Of a stretch of DNA of 64,000 nucleotides, positions 36,585 through 53,834 are shown in pieces. Positions within the stretch are counted from its first letter, which is position 1; each line of letters opens with the position of its first letter. A program made the position numbers and the translations under genes. This DNA is from the human T2T-CHM13v2.0 reference genome, Homo sapiens. A model generated the notes under the pieces. That model did no database searches and was not told where the DNA came from. It was given only the letters and a program-made list of their open reading frames with translations. The stretch lies in the NCBI RefSeq assembly GCF_009914755.1, contig NC_060928.1. The stretch is one strand, 5' to 3'.

Positions 36585-38596
36585 TGTTAGAATAGATGGC
36601 TTAGATAATCTTGTATTTGAGAGAGTGAGGACACAATTAGATTATGGGAATGTTACGCTACTCTAGCTTTTGGAGAAATAATTTATTCTTGAGCTACCTC
36701 AGTTACAGCTATTCAACCACGTGCTTGGTCACCTTAGGCATGGTCACCTTTGGAATTTGCCTTTTATATAAGCGCTGTTCAAATCCACCAATGTCTGAGA
36801 AAGGAAATATAAAGAGGCTAAACTGTCAGCCAGAAATTACAGTGAGAGCCTCGATTTTCTCAAGTGGTCTGTGTTTGACAAGGCCTATGGTTATGTAAAT
36901 TACATTTGTGACTTGATCATTTTCCAAAATGGAGAGAAATTGAGAGTATTTACCTCTAAACTAGGTACTATTTAAGTAAACTGAAGGGAAAAGCTCTCCT
37001 TTTTTTGAATCTTCACCCTATCACGGTTTTTTTTTTTTTGGATTTACATATGTTCCATCTTACTTTTGAAAACAATAATGGTTTCTTTTTTGTTTTTGCT
37101 TTGATTGTAACAAGATTTAATTAGCCTGGAGAAAAAATCTAATGAGGATAGAAATTTTTCTTCTGGAAGGCTTCTTGGACTGTTGTTTTTTTTCCCCTCC
37201 ACATTCCTATTTCTGTGGTAGAGAAGACTGAGATTCCATTAGAATATCTTACAAAATCTGAGTGCTACAGAACACCAATTTGTACTTAAGACAGTTTAGA
37301 TTGTGGTTACATGTCTGTTTCTCTTGTATACACACACTTGGAGGAGCACACAAGCCTCTATCTAAATGTGAAATGGAAAAATTTATGTCTGTATACATTT
37401 AACTTAAAAGGAGACTTTTATAATGTTATTTACCCAAATGTTAAAACAAGGTACGCCTCTTCTTATGTGTATATTTATTGTTGATTTTGCATTATCACCA
37501 TTTCTTATTGATTGTCATTTTGTTTTCCTCTAGCTTTGTAGTTCTAAAGATTGATGCTGTTTGGGGTCTGATTAACCAAGCCTTTCCCAATTACGTTTTT
37601 AATGTATTTTTTACTAAAATGCCTGCAGCTTATGGCACTGCCCCAAGTTGCTTGTTCAGCTAAGGTGCTTGCTCAGCACATCTTTTTTTCCATAAGCATG
37701 TCACCTTCAATGAAGTCTCACTTTCCCTATAGAGTACTTTTCATTTGCATTCACATATGTCATCCAAATCCTGTCCTTCCTTTGCACTTGGTATTTTAAT
37801 TAAGGTTTCTTTACCATGAAGTGGCCGTAATTTACAGGGAATTGGTCGAAAAATGCAAAGAAGAAATGAATATAAAGACATACTTTAATGTATAATCTAT
37901 TTTTAAACTCTTTCTTATTAAACCATATCAATAATGTTTTAAAAATAAAGGTATTACTTTATTTTTTAGTAAGTGGGTCTGCACAGAGAATACTTCTTAA
38001 TTAAATAATACATTTAAAATTCATTTATTAAATAGTGGTAGTCAAAACAGAATAGCTAGCAATAGCCATCTCCCCATCTTCCCAAAGGGGCAGTTAAAGA
38101 GATCCTTAAGTATGTTTCATAAGAAATATTTTAAAATATTTAGGAAGAAATTACATTAATATGAAAAATATTGTCAAGTATAAGCTTAGCTTTTAAATTC
38201 TGGACTTTCTGCTCTTTGTGCTGCTCTCTAGCTGTGATGCAACTAACCATACTGATTCTCATTTTAGAAGGGGTATGTAATAAATATGAGTTAGAAATTT
38301 TTAGAGGCCTCACTCAGAGTTTAATAGATTAAACAAATTTGATATATGTAGAAGTACAGAAAACTGAATAGCAAGATCAGTAAAGTTCTGAGCATATATA
38401 CACCTATATACAAATATATCTTTACAACAAATACAGACTTCATATTCTTTTAAAACACACACAGAATAGTCTCAAATATTGATAATGTACTAGTTCTCCC
38501 AAAAGCCCCAATAATTTCTAAGATTACTATCACATAGGTTAGATTCCCTAACCAGAATGGGTAACAAATGGATAGCTATAAAAACTTAGTATGTCG

Positions 38597-38926
<330 letters not shown>

Positions 38927-38939
38927 TTAGTATGTTAAT

Positions 38940-39750
38940 ATGAATGGCAAACAGGTGTATGAAAAGGTGCTCAACACAATTGATCATCGGAGAAATGCAA
39001 ATAAAAACTACAATGAGATGTCATCTCACCCCAGTTAAAATGGCTTTCATCCAAAAGATAGGCAATAATGAATCCTGGCAAGGATGTGGAGAAAAGAGAA
39101 TGCTCATACATTGTTGAAGGGAACGTAAATTAGCACAACCACTATGGAGAATTCTTTGGAGGCTCATCAAAAAACCAACAATAGAGCTACCATATGAGCC
39201 AATAATCCCACTGCTACATATACTCAAAGAAAATCAGTATATCAAAGAGATATCTGCAATACCATGTTTATTGCAGCAGTATTCACAATAGCCAAGATTT
39301 GAATGGATAATGAAAATATGGTACATATATACAGTGGAATACTATTCAGCCAAAAGAAAGAATGAGATCCTGTCATTTGCAACAACATGGATGGAACTGG
39401 AGGACATTATGTTAAAAGAAATAAGCTAGGCACAGGAAGACAAACTTTGCATGTTCTCACTTAATAGCAGGAGCCAAAAATTAAAACAATTGAATTTATG
39501 GAGATACAGAACAGAAGGATAGTTACCAGAGGCTTGGAAGGGTTGTGAAGGTGGGGAGAAGTGGGATGATTAATGGGTACAAAAATATAAATGGAATGAA
39601 GAAGATCTAGTGTTTGAAAGTACAACACAGTGACTACACTCAACAATTTATTGTGCATTTAAAGACAACTATAAGAGTATAACTGGATGTTTGTTAACAC
39701 AAAGAAAGGATAAATGCTTGAAGTGATTGGTACCCTCCTCCCCACAAAAA
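38940..39750 (+). mobile_element. L1MA (MA1-3-like) 3' fragment
   Basis: GAGAAATGCAAATAAAAACTACAATGAGATG...GTTAACACAAAGAAAGGATAAATGCTTGA. Confidence 0.85.
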
Positions 39751-42700
39751 CTTCATATGTCAAAATGTGTGAAATAGAGTTAATGTAGCATTTATAAAAA
39801 GTTGATAGATTTCATAATTTTTAGGTATCAAAAATGATTGAAAACATAAATTAACTAAATGTTCATATCAAGAAGAAAAAGAGCAATGGAGTAAATTTTT
39901 AAAAAAGCAAGAATAAGATGTAATGTACAATAGCAGCAGTAGACACCAATTTTCAACAACCAGATTTGACAAAAATTGTAAAATTGGATAATATCAAGTA
40001 CTGGCAAGAATGTTGGCAAGAAAGACTATTCACCGCTGGTGACATAATAACTAGTGAGGAAATTCAGAAGAGTTACTTAGCGGTGTCTTAGTGAGGTTTT
40101 TTATGTAGATATATTGCAGTTGTATCTTTATTTTAAACAAAGCCCCGAAACTCTTGAAGATATACACTGAGAAAGGTACAAGAATGTTTATCGTAGTGTT
40201 GTTTGGAGTAAACAGACAGAAATAGAATGAAGTCTATGGCACAATAAACTTCACGTATTTAAAAAACTATATATAAAGCAACATTATGTATATTTTTTAG
40301 AATAAACATCTAAATAAATATATAGATGGCAGATTAGAAATTATATTAGTGAAAACATTGGCTAAACTGCTTCATCAAAGATTTGAATATCCAGACAATC
40401 AAATTAAATCAAACTTTTTCCTAACTAAAATAAACAATAAAAATAAAAGTGTATTTCTTATTTATTAATGGCCAGATGGCTCTGCCATTAATACCTGTCT
40501 TCCAAGGTTACTCCACAGCCTCCTGGAGATAAATCTATGTACCTTCACAGATGTAAGACAGCTAGCAAGTCTTCTTTTCCAAGCGGGACCCATAAGCTTG
40601 TTATTTTTATTAGGCTACTATATAACTGACTGTTGGTAATGTAATGATTGAATGACTATCAATAATGACCATAGCCCATTTCTTTTATATTTTCTTTCCT
40701 ATAAAAACCACCATTAAGAAGATATAAATGTTTTTAATCTGCAAAGCTTTAGAGTGTATGAGACAATTTTGTGTATATTAATTCATTTTAATTTAAGACC
40801 ATGAATGCCAATCATTTTTAATGCATAAGTCATAATGCAAACTAGAAAAAAACTACTACTCATGCTGGGCCAGTGAATAAACCTTATCTTCCAGCTAAAA
40901 TAGTTCTTCTTGCTTGATGAAATTGATGTTTGTCTTCATAGGATATACACAACCTGGATAGAATTAAAAATCTACCTGGTGATGGCAGACATGTCAAGCA
41001 GCCATGGGCACAGAAATCCTATTTCTAATAGAGGCAAAATTCTGCCTAGCTGGTAGCACTATTCCTGTTGGGTCATGGTATAAGTGGTTCAGTGCCTGGC
41101 ATCAGGTACATACCAAATCTATCAACTTGTTGATCACCAGTCAATTGATTGATGACTATATGTCTCACCAGTAGAGGACATAGCAGTATGGTGTTATGCC
41201 ATGCTCTGTATCTATCTGATGTTTACGCATCTTACTATTGTGTCATGGCCCACCAGAAAGTGTGTTAAAAATACAGAAAATTATATACTTTAGAAGCAGC
41301 TCAAAATAGTGCTTGCAAATTTGTCAAAATTTACTTATGAGGCATGGATGCTATTTTCTATATTACTGCATTTATGAAGAGTTTAAGTTATTTAATTCAC
41401 TTGTTTTTCTCTTTTATGTCAATACAAGAATTACTGACAATGGACCCTGGTTTTATTTATATTTGTTCTATGATTAATAGCACAAAATAGTTCACTTTAT
41501 TTTCCTGTCAGAATATTTTTGATTAATTGGTTGCCTTGGTTATATGATGTGGATCTCACACCTCCATTTTCTCAGGCAGAATGCTGCCTCTGAACAAAAG
41601 AGAGATTTGCTGGTGGCCCTCCAATCATGAGAATGTAGCAATAAAATAAAGAAAATTGATACAGAAAAAAACCTCTTCTTTGATGCACTTTCTTCAAAAT
41701 ATGGGGGAAATTTCCCTATATTCTGCCTATGAGTGGCTTTGTAATAAATTTTCCTCTCAATATGTCATCATAACACATGAGCACTGGGGACTGAAGGGTA
41801 CTATTTTGCACAATAAAATGAAGAGAGATGGAAAAGGAACAGGATCACAGGGTCTTTTGTCTGCTGCTGCTTTCCTGACAAGACACATGGCTCTAATAAT
41901 ATAAAGGTGCTTGGAACTTGCATTAGGCTGCTATGCAGAGCACAGACCTATTTAGGCAGTCACAGGGGTGCAGCTGCCAATGAGGTTTTGACAAATCCTT
42001 TAAACTTTGGTACAGCCTAAGGGCATAGCCAAAAGTGGCAGGATGACCTGAATGTTTACCAGCCTTCACCTGAAAGACCTTGTCTTTAAGCCCACACTGA
42101 AGAGTGAAAGTATTTCATGTGGAAAAGGATCTGGTCTATTTTACTTAGAGGTGTAACCTCTCCGTATTTCACACTGATGTTGAGTTGGATGTAAGAGATA
42201 TTATTTTTCTAATGTGCACACTGAGACTTTTGCTTCTGGTAATATTCTTTCCATTTCCATAAGCAGAAACAACTCTCCTCCCACAGACCCTGAGAAGAGA
42301 TTGGGCTAGATTGACATTCATGTCCCCCAGAACCTAGCACTGAGTTTATCTTAAAATGCTCATCTTAAGTATATTTGTGCCAAATGGAAAAATGACAAAT
42401 ATGTGCATTTACTTGTATCTGCTGTTTCAAAAATGAGGTTTTGTACATGAGCTGCTTTTATAGACATCTGGAAATTCATTGACCTCATGTTTTCTGTAAT
42501 ATTTATTAATGACAGTTTATGTAAATGTTTTCTATCATCTTTATCTTCTAAAACTGAGCAAATTGATTGACCTTGAGCTGTTTCCAGTGGTCTCAGAGTA
42601 TTATCATCCTGGCTTGGGCAGAGGCAGGATGAGACAACCAGAGGCCTGACATCAGACAGAGCCCTGGCAGAAGAATGAGTGTGGCTGTCCCCAGGCAGAG

Positions 42701-43196
42701 AGGGAAGAAGGGGCAAAGAGCCTGTGGGGGTCAGTGAAGAGCCACAGTGAGCAGCCTGCAATGACAGACAGAGGAGTCTGAAATCCAGGTAAAGAAGACT
42801 GTGACACAAGGTAGTTCTGACTAGAAAGAGTAGGGATTGAGCCACCAGAAAGGATCAAACACCAGGGAAAACTGGAGAATGAGGCAGATCTCAGAGGATC
42901 TGGAGCACTGAACACATGGCCAGGCCAGTCACCATTGAGGAACATAAACCCCCAGTGAAAGGTGAGAATGGAGAGAGAAAGGTTGGCTTCTCAAGTCCCC
43001 ATTATGCAAGTTTAGGATGAACCAAACCAAACCTTCTAGTTTAGAATTTGGAAAGTATTAAAGCTATAGGTAATAGTGCAGGAGGTGATACAGCAGGGTT
43101 TAGAGTTGATAAAACAGTTACTCCATGGATGAACTTTATGAACCAGCTTCCTTAATATACTGTGTGTGGTACAGAGACATTTCTGGAGGTAACTGT

Positions 43197-43261
43197 TATC
43201 TATCTATGTATCTATGTATCTATCTATGTATCTATCTATGTATCTATCTATCTATCTATCA
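43197..43261. repeat. (TATC/TATG)n tetranucleotide microsatellite
   Basis: Direct reading. Confidence 0.95.
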
Positions 43262-45284
43262 TTACCTATGTTTCACTGCATCCAGGGTTCTACACTTAAA
43301 CAAAATTTTGAGCCATTTTTACTTTCTGGGAGAGTATTCTCTCCTTGTTGATGATCAGCCATCCCTTATTCATGAGCAAGTGTGTGTGCTTTGAGCTGTT
43401 GTTCCCTGCTTTCTAATTTGTGTCTCCCAATCTGTCGCAGGCAGGAAAACCCAATAACCACATTCTGCTGACCTGTCAACAGGACAGTCTTTGGGAATAG
43501 TTCAGTGGCAACTCACATATCCAGAGATGCCTTAATATAGAAGACACAGCAGTGGCACAGTTATTCTTGAAAATCCTGTAGGAGAATTCTCTTAGAAGCC
43601 AAAAGAAACTTCAGAAAGATCATGCTCCAAGACAGCTGAGTCTCTCAGGCTTCTATCCAGATTTTATTAATATTTACCCTTTACCTCTTAAAGATGTTCC
43701 TTTGATTCAATAACAGATCCATGCCTTGGCGTACTTTAGAATTGGTGGTGGGAGAAATAGGCGGTTAATATGATCGGAATATTTAAGAAAATTCCTTCTT
43801 ATGTGTTTTAACATCTGAGTTAATACTGAATTAACTACATAATTTTCCTATGAAAGCTTTGCTTGACTAATAGTGAATGTGCAATGGATATTATTTTGAT
43901 GTTTGGAATGATAACACAAAGTTATCCCAAAGGCATGAGGTGTTACTCAATCCTGCAAGTCTTTGTGTTCCAACCTAAAACAAATAAAAAAATAACATCA
44001 ACAATGATGGCTAATGAGAGTAGAAATAATTGCACAGGGAAATATGAAATTAGCAGTTAAAACTGTTTAATTATAAGGTTTAAGTCTTTCCCATTATTTT
44101 ATTCGCTTATTATTTATTTTATTTTAAATTTTATTTTTCTCATTCATAGTTTTTATTGTACCTATTGTCTACTTTATTCTTACTCATGTTCTCCCTTTTT
44201 ATATTTATATCCTTTTTTATTTCCTATTTTCTGTCTTCCTTCTTTCAAATAATGCATTTTCTTTAGATGCATTTTATTGTTATTTTATCTTATCCCATCC
44301 TACCTCTTTGATGTGACATTTTAGTGGCTTTTTTATTATGTCTTTTCAAAAACTACATCAAGAATCAAGTAAATCAAGACTTAGCAGCAACTCAAAACTG
44401 AAAAAAAATAACATATTAAAACTGCTAGGCTAAAAGAGATATTTTACATAAAGAGGTTTGCAATTTGACCTCAAAGTCAGCCAACTGGGCATTTTATCTG
44501 GCTGAGAAAGGCAGAGAATTGGAGAATGGGAAGGTTTTGTAGCTTTTTTCACCTGCAGTCATATGCCTGTGTTCTTTTAGCCCATGGGCAACAGTGGGAG
44601 AGGGTAGATGTGAGACTGTTAAAAGTGGGTTGGTAAAATACTTGGAAATCTGGTGGATGTTTTTTAGTATATTTATCTATAGCCAGCAATTTAATTTCAG
44701 TGACAGGTGTATTTAAATCCCTAGCATATCAATCTTGCCAGTACTTTTTAAAATTATTCTTAGACTATTAGTCAAACCAAGATATCTTTTGTGGATCCAA
44801 AAAGATTTTCAGTACACCAAACATGTTGAAAACACAAAATTAATTTGGATGACAGAAAAAGTAATGACAGCAAATATTTCAGATAACTAAAATTTATTTT
44901 TAAGATCATTTCCTTTATGTTCTTAGTAGGACGGGCTTACCAAACATTGTCTCTCAAAAACAGCCCTTTGAAAAATATCAGATATGCTGCCAACGAAGAT
45001 GCCAGTGCTGCTAATACAGCAACAATGGCCCATCCCCTCTCCTATCCATTCTCATCCTTATCCTGAACACCTTGCTTTCCTCTCATCATAGCACATAACA
45101 TTATATGAGAAGAAAACAGAATCTTGCTGCACAAGATGAAGGTATGAAACACAAGGGAATAAAGCAATGATAATGTTTGTCACTCCTGCCTGGATATATA
45201 ACAAGTGCCTCCTAGGGCCTTTGTTATATAAAGACTTCTTTCCTAAGTTGACATTAAAAACATAAGTCAAGTGGCACAGGAGCC

Positions 45285-45422
45285 CTTACTGGTTCTGGCA
45301 GTGAGTTGCAATGCTTGGCAAAATCTTTTATCTATTCAAAAGGAATAGATATCTCCCCTATTTGTAAAATGAAGAATTGTAATTAATGATTTCAGAAAGT
45401 TCTTTCTAACATTCTGTGATTC
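45285..45422 (+). mobile_element. MIR fragment
   Basis: CCCCTATTTGTAAAATGAAGAATTG...TTCTTTCTAACATTCTGTGATTC. Confidence 0.55.
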
Positions 45423-45464
45423 AAATATAATAGGTAGAATGGCCATATTAAAAATAAATGTTGC

Positions 45465-45797
<333 letters not shown>

Positions 45798-45821
45798 TGT
45801 TGCTTTTTTTTTTAATTTCTA

Positions 45822-45970
<149 letters not shown>

Positions 45971-46009
45971 CTAAAATTCTTTTTTTAAATGGAACTTTTA
46001 GCACAGTTT

Positions 46010-47540
46010 TATTTCCTGAACAGTGGTATTAGGAATCCTATGGACCTGTCCCCAGTAAAAGAATAATAATTGATAAAAATAAACCAATTAAATTTTAATT
46101 GATTAAAAAACCCAATTAAAATCTCTGGAAATTTAGGCACAAATAGCAGACGTAGAAACATTTACTTGGAAAAAATTCTACCAAATATTTGAAAAGAGTC
46201 AGAGTCTGTGGCCCTTGAGCCATGACCCACTCATTCCCTCCCAGCCTCCACCTCCCAGTTCATCAGCATAATGGAAATTCCCGGCCTGGTGGTGTGGCCA
46301 AAAAGGGGAGGCCACATGTGCCTTCAGCTCCTGATCTAGTGATACAGTATCTCACCCTGGGGAAGCAGACCACCAGCATTTCTCAGTTGCTGGCAAAATT
46401 CTGATAAATATGGCCAAGAGGTTGGGGGCTCCCTTCTTTCATTTGTTCCCCATGCATAGACTAGAGGCTCTATTCCAGGCATGGCAAGCCCAAAATGCTG
46501 GACTCTGATTGCTCTCAGCCCAAGTCCTAGTAGGGTATTAGTTCTAAGCTGGAAAAGGAAAGACTGGAATACCAGATTCAAAGGACACTTTCAAGAAAGT
46601 GAAAAGACAACACGGAGAATGGGTGAAAATATTTGCAAACCATAAATCTGTTAAAGGACAAGTATCCAGAAAATTTGAAGAATTCTTGCAACTCAATGCA
46701 AAAAGAAAACAGAATTTAAAGTGGGCAGACATCTGAATAGATATTTCTTCAAAGAAGATATACAAATGGATAATAAACACATGAAAAGATTCTCATAATC
46801 ATTAGCTATTAGAGAAATGCAAACCAAAACCACAGTGAGCTAACGCTTCATACCCACTATCTCATGGGCTTACATATATACATATAACATATTATCTATA
46901 TGTAATGTGAGTAAAATAATAACAACTGTTTTCAAATATATGAAGAAATTCAAACCCTCCTACACCTTGATTGGAAATATAAAATGGTGAAGCCACTTTG
47001 GAAAACAGTCTGTTACTTCCTCAATTATTTAAAAATAATTTACATATGACCCAGTGATTTGCTTCTAGTATATACCCAAGATATATAAAAACATGTCCAC
47101 ATAAAAACTTGTACATACATGTGTTCTTAGCAGCATTATTCATAATAGCTAAAAGTGAAAACAATTTAAATGTTCATCAACTGATAATGGATAAATATAC
47201 ATACAATAGAATATTATTAATCACTAAAAAGAAATGAAGTACTGATACATGGTACAATACGACATAAATGAACCTGAAAAACATTATGCTAAGTGAAAGA
47301 AGCAAATTACAAAAGATAACATAGGCAAATCTATGGATACAGAATGTAGGTTGCCTAGGTCTGAGAGCAGGGTGCTAGGGTGAAATGGGGATACTGCTAG
47401 TGAATACAAGACTTCTCTTAGAATGATGAAAATATTCTAAAATTGATTGTGAATATATTAGCTGCCATTGCATTGTGCATTTTAAATCAGTAATAGTATG
47501 GCATGTGCATTATATCTTAAAGCTTTCATGAAAAAATGTA
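46010..47540 (+). mobile_element. L1M 5'UTR-like piece (to ~46578) abutting an L1MB-type 3' end
   Basis: From 46580 there are ORF2 C-terminal motifs (AAAGGACACTTTCAAGAAAGTGAAAAGACAAC) and a 3'UTR. The assignment of the 5' piece is weaker. Confidence 0.7.
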
Positions 47541-48693
47541 AATAAGGACTTTGACTAATGTGTTGTAATTTTATATTTTCTCATTTTTCTATTTCACTTT
47601 GTACTTGGTTTATAATATTGTTAGCATATCATTACTACATAAAAGTTTTATTTATTTGAAATTATCAGTAATTTTCTTTATGGCTTTTGTGTATTTCGTC
47701 ATCTTAATATGAATTTCTTAATGCAATATTGGATGCAAGTTTTCCCTCTTTTTTGTTCCAGCACTTTTACAGTTATTTTTAAACATTAAAATCTTCCATC
47801 TATCAAATTATTAAAAACAAAAAACATCTTTTCTTCCTATTTTGCTATGCCATTTTTGTCATATACTAATTGCTGACATTTGATTAAGACTATTTCTGAA
47901 AACTCTCCATCTAATCATGACACCATAACATATTATTTTAATGACTGTAGCTGCCAAGTATGTTTTAATAGCTGGTAGCTATAGTCATAAATTATCTCAT
48001 TTCTAACATTTTAGAATTTTTATGGCTTTTCTTGCATGCTTACTTTGCATTTTAAATTTTTAAATCAGTTAACTAATTTCAATAAATGGATATTGAATAC
48101 TCATGTTATTTTCATTGGAACCATATAAAATGTGTAGATTCATAGTTTAGATGTCTTTAAAAAACTGTGTTCATATATAGTAAGAAATTAAGTCGTCTTT
48201 TATGTTTCTTGGAGTTTTAAAGTTATCTTTGGATGAGAATGACACATTGCTTATTACATTAAAGTTCTCTTTTGTTTTGGCTTTTTTGTCTTTGGTGTCT
48301 TATAAATAAGATTTCTTCTCATTTTTTTCTGTGTGATTATTTGTAAACAAAAAAGCTTGACTTATGTATATTAATTTAACCATTATATAACCTATTTTTT
48401 CAAGTAATTTTAGTTGTTCTCTTGAATTTTCTAGTCATAATCATGATAAAAAATTGTTCCTCTCTTCAATTGTTATACTTCTTTTTCCATTCACCTCTCT
48501 AATTATATTGGTTGGGACTGCCAGCAAAAATACCTTTAAAAATACTGGTGAGGATGTGCAACTTTTTGCAACTTTGTACTTTAATGGGAATGCTTTGTGT
48601 TCATCTAGCAAGCATAATATCAACTTGTTTTAAAAACATATTTTATTACATTAAGAAAGTATCTGCCTATATTACAATTTTGTTTACAAATTC

Positions 48694-50126
<1,433 letters not shown>

Positions 50127-50184
50127 TTATAAAAATCTTTTTGACATCAAGGTGGCCGGTCATATGTTCTTTTTTTTTTTGACC

Positions 50185-50660
50185 TGTTTATAAATGGTAG
50201 ACAACAAATATCTCTCCAGCTAGTTTAAGCAGAAAAAGATTTCTTAAAAGATATTTTATGTCTTTCAAAATCTTTTTAAGAGCTGTAGTAACTGGCTCCA
50301 GGTTTAACTTCCTTTCATGTCATACTCACTGCCCTCATCTAGAAAGCAGCTGCCATTGTTACTGAAGTTGCTGAATCAGGGAGCTTGACTACAGGTCCAA
50401 AGGGCTGCACCTGAATTCGTATCACAAATGAGATCCTCACTCCCTGCCTCTCTTCCTCTTAACTCAGTTTTAACTTCAAGCCTTAAAGTCTGATTTGCCT
50501 GCCTGATCGGCAGAACCTAAATCACACCCAGCTTCCCAGATGCAAGTGCAACTCAGAAATGCAGATTTTAGAATTTCAGCCTCTGCAGTACAAGAAAAGC
50601 ATACCCCAAGGGGGCTTAAATGGCTATTGAGAGAGACAGTCTACACAACCTGCCACACTA
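50185..50660 (-). mobile_element. Possible old MaLR/ERVL LTR (MLT1-like)
   Basis: CAGCTAGTTTAAGCAGAAAAAGATTTCTTAAAAG resembles an old LTR end. The family is uncertain. Confidence 0.4.
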
Positions 50661-50812
50661 TTCATACAATGAATAATACTAAGAGAGTTTGTAACACTGA
50701 AACAAATTTTCATTTCTGGAAAATATTCTAGTTAACTCTATAGGCCAATATTTTGCATTGATATTATTATATGTGATTGGTTGGGTATCCCCCCTGGCTT
50801 TTTTTTCTGTTT

Positions 50813-51179
50813 TGATATGGTTTGGATCTGTGTGTCTGCCCAAATCTCATGTCTGAATATTCATCCCCAGTGTTGGAGGAGGTGCCTGGTGGGAAGTGAC
50901 TGGATCATGGGGGCGTATTTCCCCCTTGCTGTTTTTGTGATGGTGAGTGAGTTTTCACAAGATCTGGTAGTTTAAAAGTATGTAGCATCTCTTTCTCCTG
51001 TTCCTGCCAAGTAAGGCATCCCTGCCTCCTCTTCAGTTTCTGCCATGATTGTAAGTTTCCTGAGGCCTCCCCAACCATGCTTCCTGTACAGCCTGCAGAA
51101 CTGTGGACCAATTAAACCTCTTTATAAATTACCCAGTTTCAGGTATTTCTTTACAGCAGTGTGAGAATGGACTAATACA
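50813..51179 (+). mobile_element. Solo MST (MSTA-like) LTR
   Basis: TGATATGGTTTGGATCTGTG...GAGAATGGACTAATACA with TGTTT-like flanks. Confidence 0.92.
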
Positions 51180-53834
51180 TTGTTTTTGTACAGTTTTGTG
51201 ATATATGCTATATTCAATTCATAGACACAATTTGGAATCTTCCCTTTTCTTATTTGCTCCAGAGCATTTTAGATAGTTAGAGCTATTTGTTCCACCAAAG
51301 TTATGATGGACTTCACCTACCCACCTATCTGTCTCCTATCATGTCTATAGAGCAGCTCTGTTATTTATCTCATTCAAAAAATGTTACACAATTTTTTTGT
51401 ATCTTTCTTTTTTTAGTGATCAATTTTAGAAATTATTTTCCTAGTATAGCCTCTATTTTTTTCCAGATTACCAAATTTAATTGCATTGATTTCAGTAAAC
51501 TATGTTATTATTTTAATTTCTTCTCCATCTGTAATGATTTCTTCAAATGTATGTCTTTGTGTGTGTTTGCATCTTCTCTCTTTTTTCACAATTAGGTTAA
51601 ATATAAGCTTAACTGTTTTACTGCTTGTTTGCTTTTTTTGAGGAAATACCCCTGGAATTAATTTATTAGTTTTCCATTTTTTTCCCAAATATATTATTTT
51701 CTGTTTTTATCTTTATTTTTTATTTCTTTAGGTTTGTTTTGTTTGACTCTAGTTTTTTGTGTTGGATAATTAATTAACACAGTGGCTTTATTTTCTACAA
51801 AATCAGCATATGAAGTCATAGATTTTTCTTTCTTTATTATTTACAAAAATACTTTGTTTTTTAGGTGATTGGCTATTTCCATTTTCTTTCTGAACCAAAA
51901 TTAAAAATAATTTTCAAATAACTAATGTTTTGGCATTTCCTTTTTGTTATTCTTTTGTATTTTTATAAATTGTAATAAGATAATTTTGTCTCATGATTTT
52001 ATCTTTTTATAATATATTGATAATTTTTGGAATAATATAAAGTCAAACTTCAAAGTATGTAAGCACTTAAAAGTGTGTTCATGGTTTTCAGAGTGTATAG
52101 ATTAATATATGTTTTTGATCTACATTTTTGTTATGTATACTTCCTGTTTGCCCTTTCAAAAAATTTTACCTGTTTATTTAAAGGCGGAGAAAGTTAAGTT
52201 AGAATTTTGTGTTATTAATACGCTACTTTATATTACATTTCCTGAAATATTTGTTGTATATGATCATATTTTATATAATCAGATGAGTAAATAGTCAGTC
52301 TTCTTTGTGAATTTTGTGGTTTATTTTTAATAAAGTTGTCACTTGACTCATTTAAAGTTTTTGCTTCAATTTCCCCCTTGGTTAATATTAATATGTCAAT
52401 TTTCCTATTTTTAATTGCATTTACTTGTTATATAATTGCCTACTGTTTTACTTCCAACTCTTGTGAGTCACTTGCTTTAATTTTCTCCCCTAAACACAGG
52501 ATACTGTTGGTTTTACTTTCAAACTTAATCTGTTTGTTTTAATAGACTGATTAATCCCTTTTATACTAATTAGTATGACAGATAAGTTTTCTTGATCTTA
52601 ATTCTGTAACCTTCTGATTTTTCTTGATAAAAGTGAGGGAATAGATAAAACCAGTACATTACAGTCACATCTTTATTAAACTGCAAGATCCAGAGGGGCT
52701 GGTTTTCTATTTTATCTTCTGCCTTCTTATTTATCTTTCATGCTCTTATTCCTTGATTTAATGCAGGAGAAAATTAGCTATGGATATTTATAAATGTTTT
52801 CTTTCTTCCTTGTTTCTGTGTTTTATCTATTTATTCATATATTTAGGATTAAAAAGGGAACTCTTATTTTATTCCTCCATTTCAACTCAGAAATCTAAAC
52901 CCATAATTTTTAATGAATGCTTGACAATTCATAATATAGATGTTTTGAATTTAGTTAAAATATACCTAATATATAGGTTGTTCTTATTTTGTCAATGTTA
53001 GAGATAATTCTGAGTGGAATAACTTTATACTTATACTTTGGTGCAATTAGGTAAATATTTCTGTAGAATGGAGACCTATAAGTATAATTTTGGAACCAGA
53101 GTATATTTACACCAACATATACTCCAAGAGTATATGGGGAAGATTGTTTTGCCATAGTCTATTCAATATTATTAATATTTTAAATCAGATTTTACCACTT
53201 TGATGAGTACAATATTTTATTTCTATCCCTATTTCCCTTATTGTATGTGAGTTTGTATTAGTTATGTCATCTGTTTTTATTTTTTTCTGTGAATTTTTCT
53301 TTTTTTATTAATTTGTGGAAACATTTTCTATATGCTGGCTTTGCCTTTTCTTTTATATATTCTGCAAATAGTTTCTCCTTGTCTGTCTCGTGGATTTTAT
53401 CTTTTTGTAGGAGTTCTTAACACACTATTTTAGTTGGTATGTAATTAAGCTTATGAAAATATTTTTCTTTATGATGTTTTCACTAGTATAATTATTGTTA
53501 TGAGCTATGAGGTATCCAGGTGGTCACTTAGGATAATGAGCCCAACTAAAAGTAACAAATCTTTACTTACTTACTGCAATATTATATAAGCAAGAGCCAA
53601 AAAGAGAAAAGTTCTGGCTCCCTCAATGTTCCATTTCTCCCCATGGAATGGCTCCAAGTGAGGGTAAGTCAGATAACCAGCAGTAAAGGTGGAAGAAATT
53701 GTCTCATTGTCATGGGAACCCTGAACTTAGGCTCCTGACATTTTAAAGACCTTGAGTCCTAGGGGAAGGAGGGGAGAATGGCTAGAAAACTACTGAGTCA
53801 TGGTAGAAGGTACAGAGACTTCTCATCTAACTGC

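Noticed and set aside
42360-42945. 161-aa and 97-aa ORFs in unique sequence as a coding exon
   Set aside because: There is no recognisable domain or convincing splice context, so they cannot be supported without homology or RNA data.
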